From Candidatus Aldehydirespiratoraceae bacterium (lineage in GTDB: Bacteria; Actinomycetota; Acidimicrobiia; Acidimicrobiales; Aldehydirespiratoraceae): DNA of 64,000 bases. The notes beneath the pieces were generated by a model. The model searched no databases, was not told where the DNA came from, and saw only the letters and a program-made list of their open reading frames with translations. The position numbers and the translations under genes were made by a program. The stretch's first letter is position 1, and every line of letters starts with the position of its first letter. This document shows positions 19,271-28,911 of this stretch, piece by piece. The DNA is taken from assembly GCA_965221585.1 (NCBI GenBank), contig OZ244898.1:176719-240718 (forward strand). Reading direction: 5' to 3'.

Positions 19271-20911
19271 TCAGGCGGTCACGTAGCCTTGGAGCTGGTC
19301 GTTCGCGACAGCAGCCGGGTCCCGTTCAGCGGGATCACCGAAACCTCCGCCACCGGGCAGCTCCAGGATCAGGCGACGGTCGGCAGGGACAGTCTCCTTC
19401 CCCTTGGTCGGGAAGGGGCTGCCGTCGTCGAGATACACCGCACCCGCGGCCCCGTCGCTGCCCCCCTGGCGCCCTCTGGCGGGATTGGCGACTCGATCGA
19501 ACATCGCCGAGAACTCGAAGAGGTAGCCGTCGGTCGGCCCGACCTCGATGATCTGACCCAGACCGCCGCGTTGTCGACCGGCACCGCCGCTGTCGTTGCG
19601 GATCTCCTTGCGCCAGATGATGATCGGCCCGACCTGTTCGGTCGCTTCCACAGACATCGTGCGCACACCCGACGGGAAGGCGGTCGCAGTCAGTCCGTCG
19701 AGGCCGGGCCTAGCACCGCTGCCGCCGCTGTTGAACATCAGCAACTCGACGGGTGGCTTGGGATCGGCCGCATCCGCTGCACGGGCGCTTGCCTGGAAGT
19801 TCCACAGCGCTCCGGACCCCTCGGCCGGGATGCGGTCGGGAAGAGCAGAAGCTACGGCACCGAAGCACAGGTCGGTCACGAAGTGGCCGATCACGTGGCG
19901 GACGGCCACCGGATCGGGATGCTGTGCGTTGAGGATCACCCCCGGCGGCGCGCTGACAGTGAAAGGTTCCAGAGAAGCGAAGTTGTTGGGAAGCTCAGGG
20001 GCCAGCGCAACGAGCATTCCATAGGTGAAATAGGCCTGGGCGTAGGTGAGGGGCACGTTGACCCCGAACTTGCTGAGCGGTGAAGTGCCCGTGAAGTCGG
20101 CGTGCATACCGTCGGCGGTGACGGTGACCGAGACGCACAACGTGAGCGTGTGATCGTATCCGTCGACGGTCATCTCGTTGGTGTAGACACCCTCGGGCAC
20201 CGATTTGAGCGCTGCCAACGTGGCCTTCCGGGTGCGGTCGAACACGCACTCGGCGAGGTCGTCGAGGTTGCTGAGCCCGAACTCGTCGAACATGGCGCAG
20301 AGCCGTCGCCGGCCGGACTCGTTGCAGGCGGCCAGCCCGAAGATGTCGCCCACGACCTGGTCGGACTCCCGGACGTTCTGAGCAACCACGGTGACGAGGT
20401 CCCGGTTGAGCTTTCCGCGTTCCACCCACTTCAAGATGGGAATCCGGATCCCCTCCTCGTAGACCTCCCGGGCCTCGGGCCCGTAGCCGCGGCCACCGAT
20501 ATCGACCACATGGGCAGTCGAGGCGAAGAAACCGACATGGGCGCTGTTGTAGAAGACCGGGGTGGCAACGGTGATGTCGTGCAGGTGCCCTGTGCCCTTC
20601 CAGGGGTCGTTGGTGATGTACACGTCGCCTTCGTAGATTCGATCGGGACCGATGTCGTTGATGAAATGGGTAAGCGCCGCAGCCATGGTGTTGACGTGCC
20701 CAGGGGTGCCGGTCACCGCCTGAGCGATCATGCGCCCCTTGGTGTCGAACACCCCGGCCGAAAGATCGCCGGCCTCGCGTACAGACGTACTGAAAGCGGT
20801 GCGGACGAGGGTCAGCGCCTGTTCCTCAACGACGGAGATCAGACGATTCCACATCACCTGGTTGCGCAGGTCGGCGGTCCTCACGGCGCGCCACCCGCTC
20901 GGCTGATACAC
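19271..20911 (-). CDS. hyuB: Hydantoinase B / oxoprolinase family protein
   Basis: NRLISVVEEQALTLVRTAFSTSVREAGDLSAGVFD...GTPGHVN...DPWKGTGHLHD. The start overlaps the hyuA 3' end; the GTG at 20884 is an alternative start. Confidence 0.9.
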   Translation of the reverse strand: MYQPSGWRAVRTADLRNQVMWNRLISVVEEQALTLVRTAFSTSVREAGDLSAGVFDTKGRMIAQAVTGTPGHVNTMAAALTHFINDIGPDRIYEGDVYITNDPWKGTGHLHDITVATPVFYNSAHVGFFASTAHVVDIGGRGYGPEAREVYEEGIRIPILKWVERGKLNRDLVTVVAQNVRESDQVVGDIFGLAACNESGRRRLCAMFDEFGLSNLDDLAECVFDRTRKATLAALKSVPEGVYTNEMTVDGYDHTLTLCVSVTVTADGMHADFTGTSPLSKFGVNVPLTYAQAYFTYGMLVALAPELPNNFASLEPFTVSAPPGVILNAQHPDPVAVRHVIGHFVTDLCFGAVASALPDRIPAEGSGALWNFQASARAADAADPKPPVELLMFNSGGSGARPGLDGLTATAFPSGVRTMSVEATEQVGPIIIWRKEIRNDSGGAGRQRGGLGQIIEVGPTDGYLFEFSAMFDRVANPARGRQGGSDGAAGAVYLDDGSPFPTKGKETVPADRRLILELPGGGGFGDPAERDPAAVANDQLQGYVTA

Positions 20912-23013
20912 AGCGAATCATCGGATTGGACCACACAGCGGTGATGGGAGCCGAGCACGGTGGTCGTCTGGGGTTCGACGATCAGTGCAGGGCCCACCAC
21001 GAGATCCCCGGGAGTGAGTTGCGAACGCTGGTAGACCCCGGCGCGGACACGCTCGTCAAGTGCGGAGTCGTACATGTCCCGGCTGATCTCCGGCACCGCG
21101 GTGGTCCTCGACTCGACTGTCTCGACCGGTGCAGGTGGCTCCTGTCGTGACGACACCCGCACCGCCCAGCTGACCGCCTCGATCGTCAGGTCGTCGATGG
21201 CTCGACCGAAGAACTCCAGGTAAGCCTTGGTGAACTCGGCCGCCAGCAGTTCCGCCGCGAACTCGTCGAAATCGCCGTCGTCGAGGCGCACCGGAATCTC
21301 CCAGCCCTGCCCGGCGTATCGCATAGACACCTGGCGCTCGATGATGGTCTCCGACTCGTCCGACGAGTCTGTGGCGGTACCCGCCCGCACGAACGATTCG
21401 GCTTCGGACGTCAGCTCTGCGAGCACCCTGTTGGCACCGACGTAGTCGAACTCGTCGGTGGTCGTGTAGAAGCTGCGTATCGCCTCATAGGCGAAGGGGG
21501 CCCGCAGGAAACCAATGGCCGACCCCACCCCTGCACCACTGGGAACGATCAGTTCGTCGAGGCCGAGTTTGTCGATCAGTCGGGAAGCATGAAGGGGGGC
21601 TCCGCCGCCGAAAGCGATCATCGTGAACCCGGCCAGGTCGCGTCCCCCCTCCACTGCATGGACCCTGGCCGCGTTGGTCATGTTCTCGTCGACCACCTCG
21701 GAGATCCCGACAGCGGCGGTATCGGCGTCGAGTCCCAGCGGTTCGCCGACACCGGAGGCGAGGGCCTGTGTGGCCAGTTCGGGCTTGAGGTCGATGTCGG
21801 CAGCGCCGAACGTGTCGGGGTGAAGGCGGCCCAGTGCCAGGTTGGCGTCGGTGACGGTCGCGTCGGTGCCACCGCGGTCGTAGGCGGCCGGTCCCGGATC
21901 GCTGCCGGAACTGTGCGGCCCGACCCGGATCTGCCCCATGGAGTCGACCCGGGCGATCGAGCCGCCGCCGGCGCCGATCTCGATCATCTCGATAACCGGA
22001 ATGGAGATGGGCATCCCGCTGCCCTTCTTGAAACGGGCACGCCGGTCTACCTCGAACACTTTCGCGGTGCGGGGGGCGAAGTCCTCGATCAGGGAGATCT
22101 TGGCGGTGGTCCCGCCCATGTCGTAGGAGAGTACGCGGTCGCGTCCGTAACGGGCTGCGAGATCAGCGGCGAAGATCGCTCCGCCGGCCGGTCCCGACTC
22201 GATCAACCGCACCGGAAACTCAGCAGCGCTCTCGACGCTCATCAAGCCACCGCCGGAATGGATCAGATACAGCGGGCAGCCGACGCCGATCGCGCCGAGC
22301 TGGTCGCGCAGCCGCAACAGGTACGACGCCATCAACGGCTGCACGTAGGCGTTGGCACAGACGGTGTTGAAGCGTTCGTACTCGCGCATCTGCGGAGAGA
22401 CCTCGCTGCTGATCGACACCGAGACATCGCTCAACGCCTCCTTCAACAGGCTGCGAAAGCGCCTTTCATGGGACCCGTTCCGGTAACTGTGCAGGAAACC
22501 GACGGCCACGGACTCGTAACCCTGCTCCCCGAGATGCTCGACCAGCGACTTTGCGCCGTCGTCGTCGAAATCGACGAGAACTTCGCCGCGGGCGTTGAGC
22601 CGTTCGGTGATGACGTAGCGGTCTTTTCGCTCGATCAGAGGCTCCGGCAGCACGATGTTGAGGTCGTACTGCTCGAAGCGGCTCTCGGTGCCGGTCTCGA
22701 TCACGTCGCGGAACCCGGCAGTGGTAACCAGAGCGGTCTTGGCGCCGCGTCGCTCGATCAGGGCGTTGGTCGCCAGTGTGGTGCCGTGGATGATCTGGTC
22801 GACCTCGCCGAGATCGAGGCCCGTGTCCTGTCCCAGCTTCTCGATTCCGGTGAGTATCCCCTGCTCAGGAGCATCGTAGGTGGTCAGGACCTTGGTTGAG
22901 TGAAGCGCTCCGTCAGCGGTCTGGACGACGACGTCGGTGAACGTGCCGCCGACATCGGCCCCGATCCGCGTCCGGTGGGCACCGCCGCGTCGGCCCGTAC
23001 GAATCGCCTCCAT
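20881..23013 (-). CDS. hyuA: Hydantoinase A / oxoprolinase family protein
   Basis: ATG at 23013 gives MEAIRTG...RIGADVGGTFTDVV, the ASKHA-fold N-terminus; DMGGTTAKISLI follows. About 710 aa. Confidence 0.9.
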   Translation of the reverse strand: MEAIRTGRRGGAHRTRIGADVGGTFTDVVVQTADGALHSTKVLTTYDAPEQGILTGIEKLGQDTGLDLGEVDQIIHGTTLATNALIERRGAKTALVTTAGFRDVIETGTESRFEQYDLNIVLPEPLIERKDRYVITERLNARGEVLVDFDDDGAKSLVEHLGEQGYESVAVGFLHSYRNGSHERRFRSLLKEALSDVSVSISSEVSPQMREYERFNTVCANAYVQPLMASYLLRLRDQLGAIGVGCPLYLIHSGGGLMSVESAAEFPVRLIESGPAGGAIFAADLAARYGRDRVLSYDMGGTTAKISLIEDFAPRTAKVFEVDRRARFKKGSGMPISIPVIEMIEIGAGGGSIARVDSMGQIRVGPHSSGSDPGPAAYDRGGTDATVTDANLALGRLHPDTFGAADIDLKPELATQALASGVGEPLGLDADTAAVGISEVVDENMTNAARVHAVEGGRDLAGFTMIAFGGGAPLHASRLIDKLGLDELIVPSGAGVGSAIGFLRAPFAYEAIRSFYTTTDEFDYVGANRVLAELTSEAESFVRAGTATDSSDESETIIERQVSMRYAGQGWEIPVRLDDGDFDEFAAELLAAEFTKAYLEFFGRAIDDLTIEAVSWAVRVSSRQEPPAPVETVESRTTAVPEISRDMYDSALDERVRAGVYQRSQLTPGDLVVGPALIVEPQTTTVLGSHHRCVVQSDDSLCISRAGGAP

Positions 23014-23092
23014 ACCAATAACCGTATCGGCGCCGAATCCCGTGTGCGTGGGCGCAAGCCGGCCCTGAGGCTGCCCGGTAGGATCGCCAGCG

Positions 23093-23842
23093 GTGTCAGT
23101 CCGCAAATCCTTCCCAGACGTGCTAGCCGGAATCGCCGACGTTGAGGGTTGGCTGACCGATGAGCAGGCTCAACGGCTCCATGAGCGAGCATGGGAACTT
23201 CAAGACGACGCTCAGATAGTCGAGATCGGGAGTTTCCGGGGTCGTTCGCTGATCGTTCTCGCCAGCGCCGCGCCCGCGGGCACGGAGATCGTGTCGATCG
23301 ATCCGCACGGTGGCGGTGATCGGGGCCCCCAGGAGATAGCCCCCGATCAACAACTCGGAGACAGCGATCACGCCGCATTCAACGCCAACCTCAAACGAGC
23401 TGGTGTCGCCGAGCGGGTCAGGCACGTCCGCAAGATGTCCGCTGACGCCCTCGCTGATGTGCACGGCGACATCGACCTTCTCTACATCGACGGCGCTCAC
23501 CGTTTCGGACCGGCCCGCCGAGACATCGTCGAGTGGGGTGACCGGGTCCCGGACGGTGGCACCATGCTGATCCATGACTCGTTCAGCTCGATCGGGGTGA
23601 CCCTGGCGCTGCTGAGCGCGACCTTCGTGTCCGGCCGCTGGCGCTATGTTGGCCGCTGCGCGTCGTTGGCGGAGTACCGGCGCGAACCGATGTCCCCGGG
23701 GTCGTCGGCCGGGAACTTTCTGCGTCAGGCTCTGCAGCTCGGCTGGTTCGTACGCAATGTCATCATCAAGGGCGCGTTGACGCTCAAGCTGTATCCGTTG
23801 ACCCGGATATTCGGTCACAGAACAAGGGACTGGCCGTACTGA
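23093..23842 (+). CDS. Class I SAM-dependent methyltransferase (Methyltransf_24-like)
   Basis: GWLTDEQAQRLHE...IVEIGSFRGRSLIVLA...LLYIDGAHRFGPARRDIVEW...GGTMLIHD. GTG start. Paralogous in pattern to the protein at 31715. Confidence 0.75.
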   Translation: MSVRKSFPDVLAGIADVEGWLTDEQAQRLHERAWELQDDAQIVEIGSFRGRSLIVLASAAPAGTEIVSIDPHGGGDRGPQEIAPDQQLGDSDHAAFNANLKRAGVAERVRHVRKMSADALADVHGDIDLLYIDGAHRFGPARRDIVEWGDRVPDGGTMLIHDSFSSIGVTLALLSATFVSGRWRYVGRCASLAEYRREPMSPGSSAGNFLRQALQLGWFVRNVIIKGALTLKLYPLTRIFGHRTRDWPY

Positions 23843-23907
23843 TCGCGCCTTGTCGAAAACTCTTTGGTCGGTAGAGTTGGTGGCGCCCGGCCACCACGGA
23901 AAGCCCC

Positions 23908-26196
23908 ATGAAAGCAGTCCCCGCAACCTCAGCGCTTCTTGCCGATCGAAGCCTGGTGGGCACCGACCTGTCCCGCGCCTACACCGCGGAGATAGACGCA
24001 TGGCTGGAGTCGGTCGTGGAGGGCGTGGAGGAAGTCCGGGGCGTGGCGCTGGCGGCGGTGGGCGGCTATGGGCGGGGTTCGCTGAGCATCGGAAGCGACC
24101 TCGACCTGCTGTTGGTGCACAACGACTCAGGCCATGTGGCTGAAGTCGCCGAGCGGATCTGGTATCCGATCTGGGACAGCGGGATCAAGCTCGGCCACGC
24201 GGTCAGAACCATCGACGAAGCAATCGACCTGGCTGCCGACGACCTCGACACCGCCACGTCGCTGCTCGACATCCGCCTCATCGGCGGTGAGGCGCGTCTG
24301 GTGGACGAACTGGCCAAGAAATCGCACGACCTGTGGCGCAACAATGCCGACAAGATGCTCGGACTCCTCGTCGAGTCGGTCCGTGAACGCCACGACGCCG
24401 CCGGTGAGGTGGCGTTCCTGCTGGAACCGGACCTCAAGCTGGCGAGGGGAGGGCTGCGCGACCTCGACTCTCTGCACTGGATCGATCAGGCCGATCAGGG
24501 GTTGCTGGAAGCGACCGAACGCAGCGAGCTGATCGAACCGCACCGGGTGCTGCTGTCGGCGAGGATCGAGCTTCACCGGCTCAGCGGGCAGTCCGGCAAC
24601 CAACTGCTGCTGCAGGACCAGGACGACGTGTCCGCGGCGCTCGGTTACGCGGATGCCGACGAGCTGATGGCCGCGGTGGCTTCAGCAGCCCGATCGGTCG
24701 CCTGGACCATGGACGCGGTCATGCACCGCATCCATGTCCGCTCGACCCGCCGCCGTTGGCGACCACGGGTGCGTGAGTTCGGCCACGGAATCGAGATCGT
24801 TGATGAGACGCTGCGGTTCTGCGATGACGCACCGGTTTCGGAAGACCCGGTTCTGCCCCTGCGCGTCGCCTACATTGCCGCTACCGAGGACGCTTTCATC
24901 GAGCGTGACGTGCTCGACAGGCTCGCAGTTGAGACTCCCCCGATGCCCGATCGTTGGCCCGACGAGGCACGGGAGATCTTCGTGGACCTGCTGCTTCTGG
25001 GTTACGAGGCGATCCGGGTGATCGAAGCGCTCGACCAGGTCGATCTGATATCCCGCCTGTTCCCCGAGTGGACACCCAACCGGAGCCGTCCGCAACGAAA
25101 CGTGTACCACCGCTTCACCGTCGATCGCCATCTGCTCGAGGCCGCGGCCGAGGCGGCCGCAATCGCCGACCGGGTGGAGCGGCCCGACCTGTTGGTGCTC
25201 GGCGGGCTGCTTCACGACATCGGCAAGGGCTACCCTGGAGACCACAGCGAGGTCGGCGTGGGGCTGGCCCGCAGCATCGCCACCCGCATGGGTTATCCCC
25301 CGGCCGATATCGAGACGTTGGGAGTGCTGGTGCGGCATCATCTGCTGCTGCCCGATGTGGCTTCGAGGCGCGATCTCGATGCGACCGAGACGATCCGGTT
25401 CGTTGCTGAACAGATCGACTCCGTGGGCACTCTGGAGTTGCTCGGTGCGCTGACCGAAGCTGACTCGATTGCGACGAGCAAGGCTGCCTGGGGTGGTTGG
25501 AAGGCGGAGCTGGTCAAGAAGCTGGTGAACCGGACTGCACATTTCCTGCAGACGGGCGGAACGATGCTGACCTCGCAGTTCCCGACCGAGCAGCACTACG
25601 AGTTGCTGGCAGAAGGCGACGAACTGGTGCAACTCGACGGCCACGAGTTGACCGTGATCACCGCGGACCGTCCCGGTGTCTTCTCGCGGGTCGCCGGAGC
25701 GTTGGCGCTGCACGGCGTTGAGATTCTGGGAGCTCGGCTCCACACCGAAGGTTCGATGTCGTTGGGTGTGTTGCGCGTCGGCGGGGGCGTGGGGCTCGAT
25801 GAACGACCCGAACGCGTGCAGGACGATGTCCGCTTGTCGCTCTCGGGGGGTCTGGCTGTGCGGGCCAGGCTGTTGAAACGGGCCAGGACCTATCGTTTCC
25901 AGCGGGTGACCACGGCCCGTCCTTCTGAACCCGAGGTGATCATCGACAACGACCTGTCGGCGGATGCGACGGTCATCGAGGTTCGCGGCCCGGACTCGAT
26001 CGGGCTGTTGTATCGGATCACCAGCGCCCTCGACGATCTGGATCTCAACATCTATTCGGCGAAGGTGCAGACCTTGGGCGACGATGTTGTCGACTCCTTC
26101 TATGTTCGTGGCCCCGATGGCCTCAAGATTCTGGACGAGAACTATCTTGGCGAGATTGAGATCGCTGTTCTTACCGCTATCGCTTCAGACGCCTAG
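23908..26196 (+). CDS. glnD: [Protein-PII] uridylyl/adenylyltransferase GlnD
   Basis: NTase motif GGYGRGSLSIGSDLDLLLVH, HD domain LLHDIGKG, and two C-terminal ACT-like repeats (VITADRPGVFSRVAGALAL.. / IEVRGPDSIGLLYRITSAL..). Confidence 0.9.
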   Translation: MKAVPATSALLADRSLVGTDLSRAYTAEIDAWLESVVEGVEEVRGVALAAVGGYGRGSLSIGSDLDLLLVHNDSGHVAEVAERIWYPIWDSGIKLGHAVRTIDEAIDLAADDLDTATSLLDIRLIGGEARLVDELAKKSHDLWRNNADKMLGLLVESVRERHDAAGEVAFLLEPDLKLARGGLRDLDSLHWIDQADQGLLEATERSELIEPHRVLLSARIELHRLSGQSGNQLLLQDQDDVSAALGYADADELMAAVASAARSVAWTMDAVMHRIHVRSTRRRWRPRVREFGHGIEIVDETLRFCDDAPVSEDPVLPLRVAYIAATEDAFIERDVLDRLAVETPPMPDRWPDEAREIFVDLLLLGYEAIRVIEALDQVDLISRLFPEWTPNRSRPQRNVYHRFTVDRHLLEAAAEAAAIADRVERPDLLVLGGLLHDIGKGYPGDHSEVGVGLARSIATRMGYPPADIETLGVLVRHHLLLPDVASRRDLDATETIRFVAEQIDSVGTLELLGALTEADSIATSKAAWGGWKAELVKKLVNRTAHFLQTGGTMLTSQFPTEQHYELLAEGDELVQLDGHELTVITADRPGVFSRVAGALALHGVEILGARLHTEGSMSLGVLRVGGGVGLDERPERVQDDVRLSLSGGLAVRARLLKRARTYRFQRVTTARPSEPEVIIDNDLSADATVIEVRGPDSIGLLYRITSALDDLDLNIYSAKVQTLGDDVVDSFYVRGPDGLKILDENYLGEIEIAVLTAIASDA

Positions 26197-26205
26197 GGTT
26201 GTGAC

Positions 26206-26892
26206 GTGAGTGTTCGCCGAGCCAACGAGCGTGCGCTTCTGCGTTGGGCAGAGGCGCTGTCGGCCACCGCTCGAACCGGACTCGGGTTCACCGACAACCT
26301 TTATGAGCGTGAACGGTTCCAAGAGGTCTTGGCTATAGCTGCGGACATTCGTTCCCATGTCGAGGGCGGATTTCATCCAGAGGAGCAGGTCCAGGAATGG
26401 GTTGACCGTATCGGCGCCGGGGTAGCGGGTTACGTGACGCCGAAGATCACCATCGGCGCGGTGGTCGGTAACGAACGCAACGAGTTGCTGATGGTTCAGC
26501 GGGCTGATTCAGGGGTTTGGCTCTACCCGACTGGTTGGGCAGACGTCGGCTATTCGCCGTCGGAGATAGTGCTCAAAGAGGTCTATGAGGAGACCGGGAT
26601 CGAGTGCGAGGTGATCCGACCGATATCGATCCTCGACGGGCAACGGCGCGGCTTCACCCGTATTCCTCTGGTGTCGTTGGTGTTCCACTGCCGTGCTACC
26701 GGTGGCGAACTTCGGCCGCATCCCCTTGAATGCCTTGACGTCGGGTTCTTCGCCCGTGACGCCCTTCCCGAGGCGACCGTCAACCCCGACTGGTGGGCCG
26801 ATCATGCTTTCGCGGCCATCCGTGGCGAGGACATCAAGGTCCAGTTCGATGTGCCGCGCAGACCACCGTGGCGTGGTGATCCGGAGTCCTGA
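26206..26892 (+). CDS. NUDIX hydrolase with Nudix N-terminal helper domain
   Basis: N-terminal WAEALSATARTGLGFTDNLYERERF. Nudix box GWADVGYSPSEIVLKEVYEETGIE. Confidence 0.85.
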   Translation: MSVRRANERALLRWAEALSATARTGLGFTDNLYERERFQEVLAIAADIRSHVEGGFHPEEQVQEWVDRIGAGVAGYVTPKITIGAVVGNERNELLMVQRADSGVWLYPTGWADVGYSPSEIVLKEVYEETGIECEVIRPISILDGQRRGFTRIPLVSLVFHCRATGGELRPHPLECLDVGFFARDALPEATVNPDWWADHAFAAIRGEDIKVQFDVPRRPPWRGDPES

Positions 26893-26900
26893 GAGGTCTT

Positions 26901-27716
26901 GTGTCGTCAACCATTGATCACGGAACCACCCGCGATGGTCTGATCCAGATGCGTCGCCGATGGCGGCCCGCCGGCCCGGCACGGGCGTCTGTCCTTTTGT
27001 TGCACGGAATAGCCGAACACAGCGGTCGCTATCAGCATGTGGGTGACCGGTTCGCCGCGGCTGGATTCGACACGGTCGGCATTGATCACCGTGGTTACGG
27101 TCGCAGCGGCGGTCTTCGCGGTCATTGTGATTCTTGGTCACAGTTCTCCGACGATGTGCAGGATCAACTGTCGGAAGTTCGCAAGCTTGGTTTGCCGACC
27201 GTGCTTCTTGGCCATTCGCTCGGCGGACTGATGGCCACCCGTTACGTTGTCGATGATCGTCCTCAACCGGATCTTCTGGTGCTTTCAGGTCCGGCGCTCG
27301 GAGCGGAGATCCCGCTGCATCTGCGGTTGGCGGCTCCGCTGCTGGGTCGCCTGGTGCCGAGATTGGAGATCAAGGACGAGGGAGATCCCGCGTTGCTGTC
27401 GTCGGACCCCAAGGTCGGCGAGCTGTTCTACGCTGATCCGCTGCGGGTGCCGAATCCGACTGCGCGCATGGGTCTGGAGATCCTGCGTGCGATCTCGCAG
27501 GCGCGCGCAGGCATCGAGCGGGTGACGATGCCGACCCTTGTGCTCCACGGCGGCGACGATCGTCTGGTGCCTCCCGAGGCGTCGGAGATCTTCGAGACGC
27601 TGCCCAACGTGGAGCGGATCGTCTACCCGGGGCTTCGCCACGAGGTGTTCAACGAGCCCAGCGGCCCCGAGGTCATCGACCGAGTGATCACCTGGATCAA
27701 CACCCACCTTGGTTAG
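26901..27716 (+). CDS. Alpha/beta hydrolase (lysophospholipase / monoacylglycerol lipase-like)
   Basis: LLLHGIAEHSGRY...GIDHRGYGRSGG, nucleophile elbow GHSLGG, C-terminal PGLRHEVFNE. Confidence 0.85.
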   Translation: MSSTIDHGTTRDGLIQMRRRWRPAGPARASVLLLHGIAEHSGRYQHVGDRFAAAGFDTVGIDHRGYGRSGGLRGHCDSWSQFSDDVQDQLSEVRKLGLPTVLLGHSLGGLMATRYVVDDRPQPDLLVLSGPALGAEIPLHLRLAAPLLGRLVPRLEIKDEGDPALLSSDPKVGELFYADPLRVPNPTARMGLEILRAISQARAGIERVTMPTLVLHGGDDRLVPPEASEIFETLPNVERIVYPGLRHEVFNEPSGPEVIDRVITWINTHLG

Positions 27717-27740
27717 GGCTGCTACCGGTACGCTGAAACT

Positions 27741-28178
27741 ATGCGACTACAACTGGCCCTCAACGTTGAAGACATCGACGAAGCCGTCGACTTCTACACG
27801 CGGTTGTTCGGGGTTGAACCCGCCAAGCGACGCGACGGCTACGCCAACTTCGCCATCGATGAACCACCACTGAAGCTGGTGCTCTTCGAGACAGCCGGTG
27901 CAGGAGGGACGATCAACCATCTTGGTGTTGAAACCGAGACCGAAGATGAAGTCTTCTCAGCGCAACAGCGTCTCGCCGCGGCGGGGCTTCGCACCACCGG
28001 GGTCGACGAGACGATGTGCTGCTTTGCCGACAAGACCGAGACCTGGGTCACCGATCCTGCGGGTGTCGAGTGGGAGTGGTACGTCAAGTCCGGCGACAAC
28101 GAGGTGCGCGAGAACATCGTGGTGGCGAACCCTGTCGCCGCCGAGCGCGAAGACTCGGCCTGCTGCGCGGTTGTCTAG
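27741..28178 (+). CDS. ArsI/CadI-family VOC (glyoxalase-fold) metalloenzyme
   Basis: MRLQLALNVEDIDEAVDFYTRLFGVEP...PLKLVL...INHLGVE...CCFADKTETWVTDPAGVEWEWY, with the vicinal Cys pair. Confidence 0.78.
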   Translation: MRLQLALNVEDIDEAVDFYTRLFGVEPAKRRDGYANFAIDEPPLKLVLFETAGAGGTINHLGVETETEDEVFSAQQRLAAAGLRTTGVDETMCCFADKTETWVTDPAGVEWEWYVKSGDNEVRENIVVANPVAAEREDSACCAVV

Positions 28179-28891
28179 CCGGCGGCCGCGGCCATGAAAT
28201 TGCGGTAGAGCTGTTCGGCGTCGGCCACGAAGTCGTTGATGTGTAGGTCGGCCTCGTCGGCCAGAGTGTCTAGGGAACCCGGTCCCAGCGTCGATTCGAG
28301 CGCGTTGCGGTAGGCCTCGATCTCGCCCCAGTTCCGCACCGTGTCGGGTTCCACCTCGACGTGGTACTGCATCGACCAGGCCAGCGGACCCACCCGCATT
28401 GCCTGAACTGCGCACACCGGCGAGCTGGCCAGAACGACAGCACCGTCCGGAGGTTCTGTCACGGCCACCGAATGCCACTGCAAGGCATGTTGGCGATCAG
28501 CCATGCCCGCGAAGATCGGATCGGTCCGGCCTTCGGGGGTCAGGTCGACCGGCAGCACCCCGATCTCGGGCGGGCGCTGTAGGTCACAGGTTCCTCCGAG
28601 AGCGTCGGCCAGAAGCTGATGGCCCAGACACACCCCTAGGAACGGCCGTTCAAGCTCGCACACCCAGTCGCGTATTGCCTGCTTCTCAGGGATAAGCCAG
28701 GGATGTTCCTCAACATCCCAGACATCCATCGGGCCGCCCATCACCCACAGAGCGTCGTAATCCTCGAGAGGAGGGATCGGCTCGCCCTCGTCAAGCTCCA
28801 CCGCGGTCCAGTCGATCCCGTCGGCGCGCAGGTACTCCCTGAGCTGACCGGGATGCTCACAGTCGATGTGCTGAAAGACAAGCAGTCGCAC
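28175..28891 (-). CDS. Type 1 glutamine amidotransferase (GATase1) domain protein
   Basis: MRLLVFQHIDCEHPG...ALWVMGGPM...FLGVCLGHQLLA (nucleophile Cys elbow)...QYHVE. Confidence 0.85.
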   Translation of the reverse strand: MRLLVFQHIDCEHPGQLREYLRADGIDWTAVELDEGEPIPPLEDYDALWVMGGPMDVWDVEEHPWLIPEKQAIRDWVCELERPFLGVCLGHQLLADALGGTCDLQRPPEIGVLPVDLTPEGRTDPIFAGMADRQHALQWHSVAVTEPPDGAVVLASSPVCAVQAMRVGPLAWSMQYHVEVEPDTVRNWGEIEAYRNALESTLGPGSLDTLADEADLHINDFVADAEQLYRNFMAAAAG

Positions 28892-28911
28892 AGCGCACCT
28901 GACCAGACCGG

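Noticed and set aside
21589-22899. 436-aa + strand ORF inside hyuA, and 20102..20944 and 19100..20083 inside hyuB
   Set aside because: These are opposite-strand shadows of well-supported hydantoinase genes, with implausible amino-acid composition.
24682-25743. 353-aa ORF antisense to glnD
   Set aside because: Shadow ORF. The glnD frame carries NTase, HD and ACT motifs, and the antisense frame has none.
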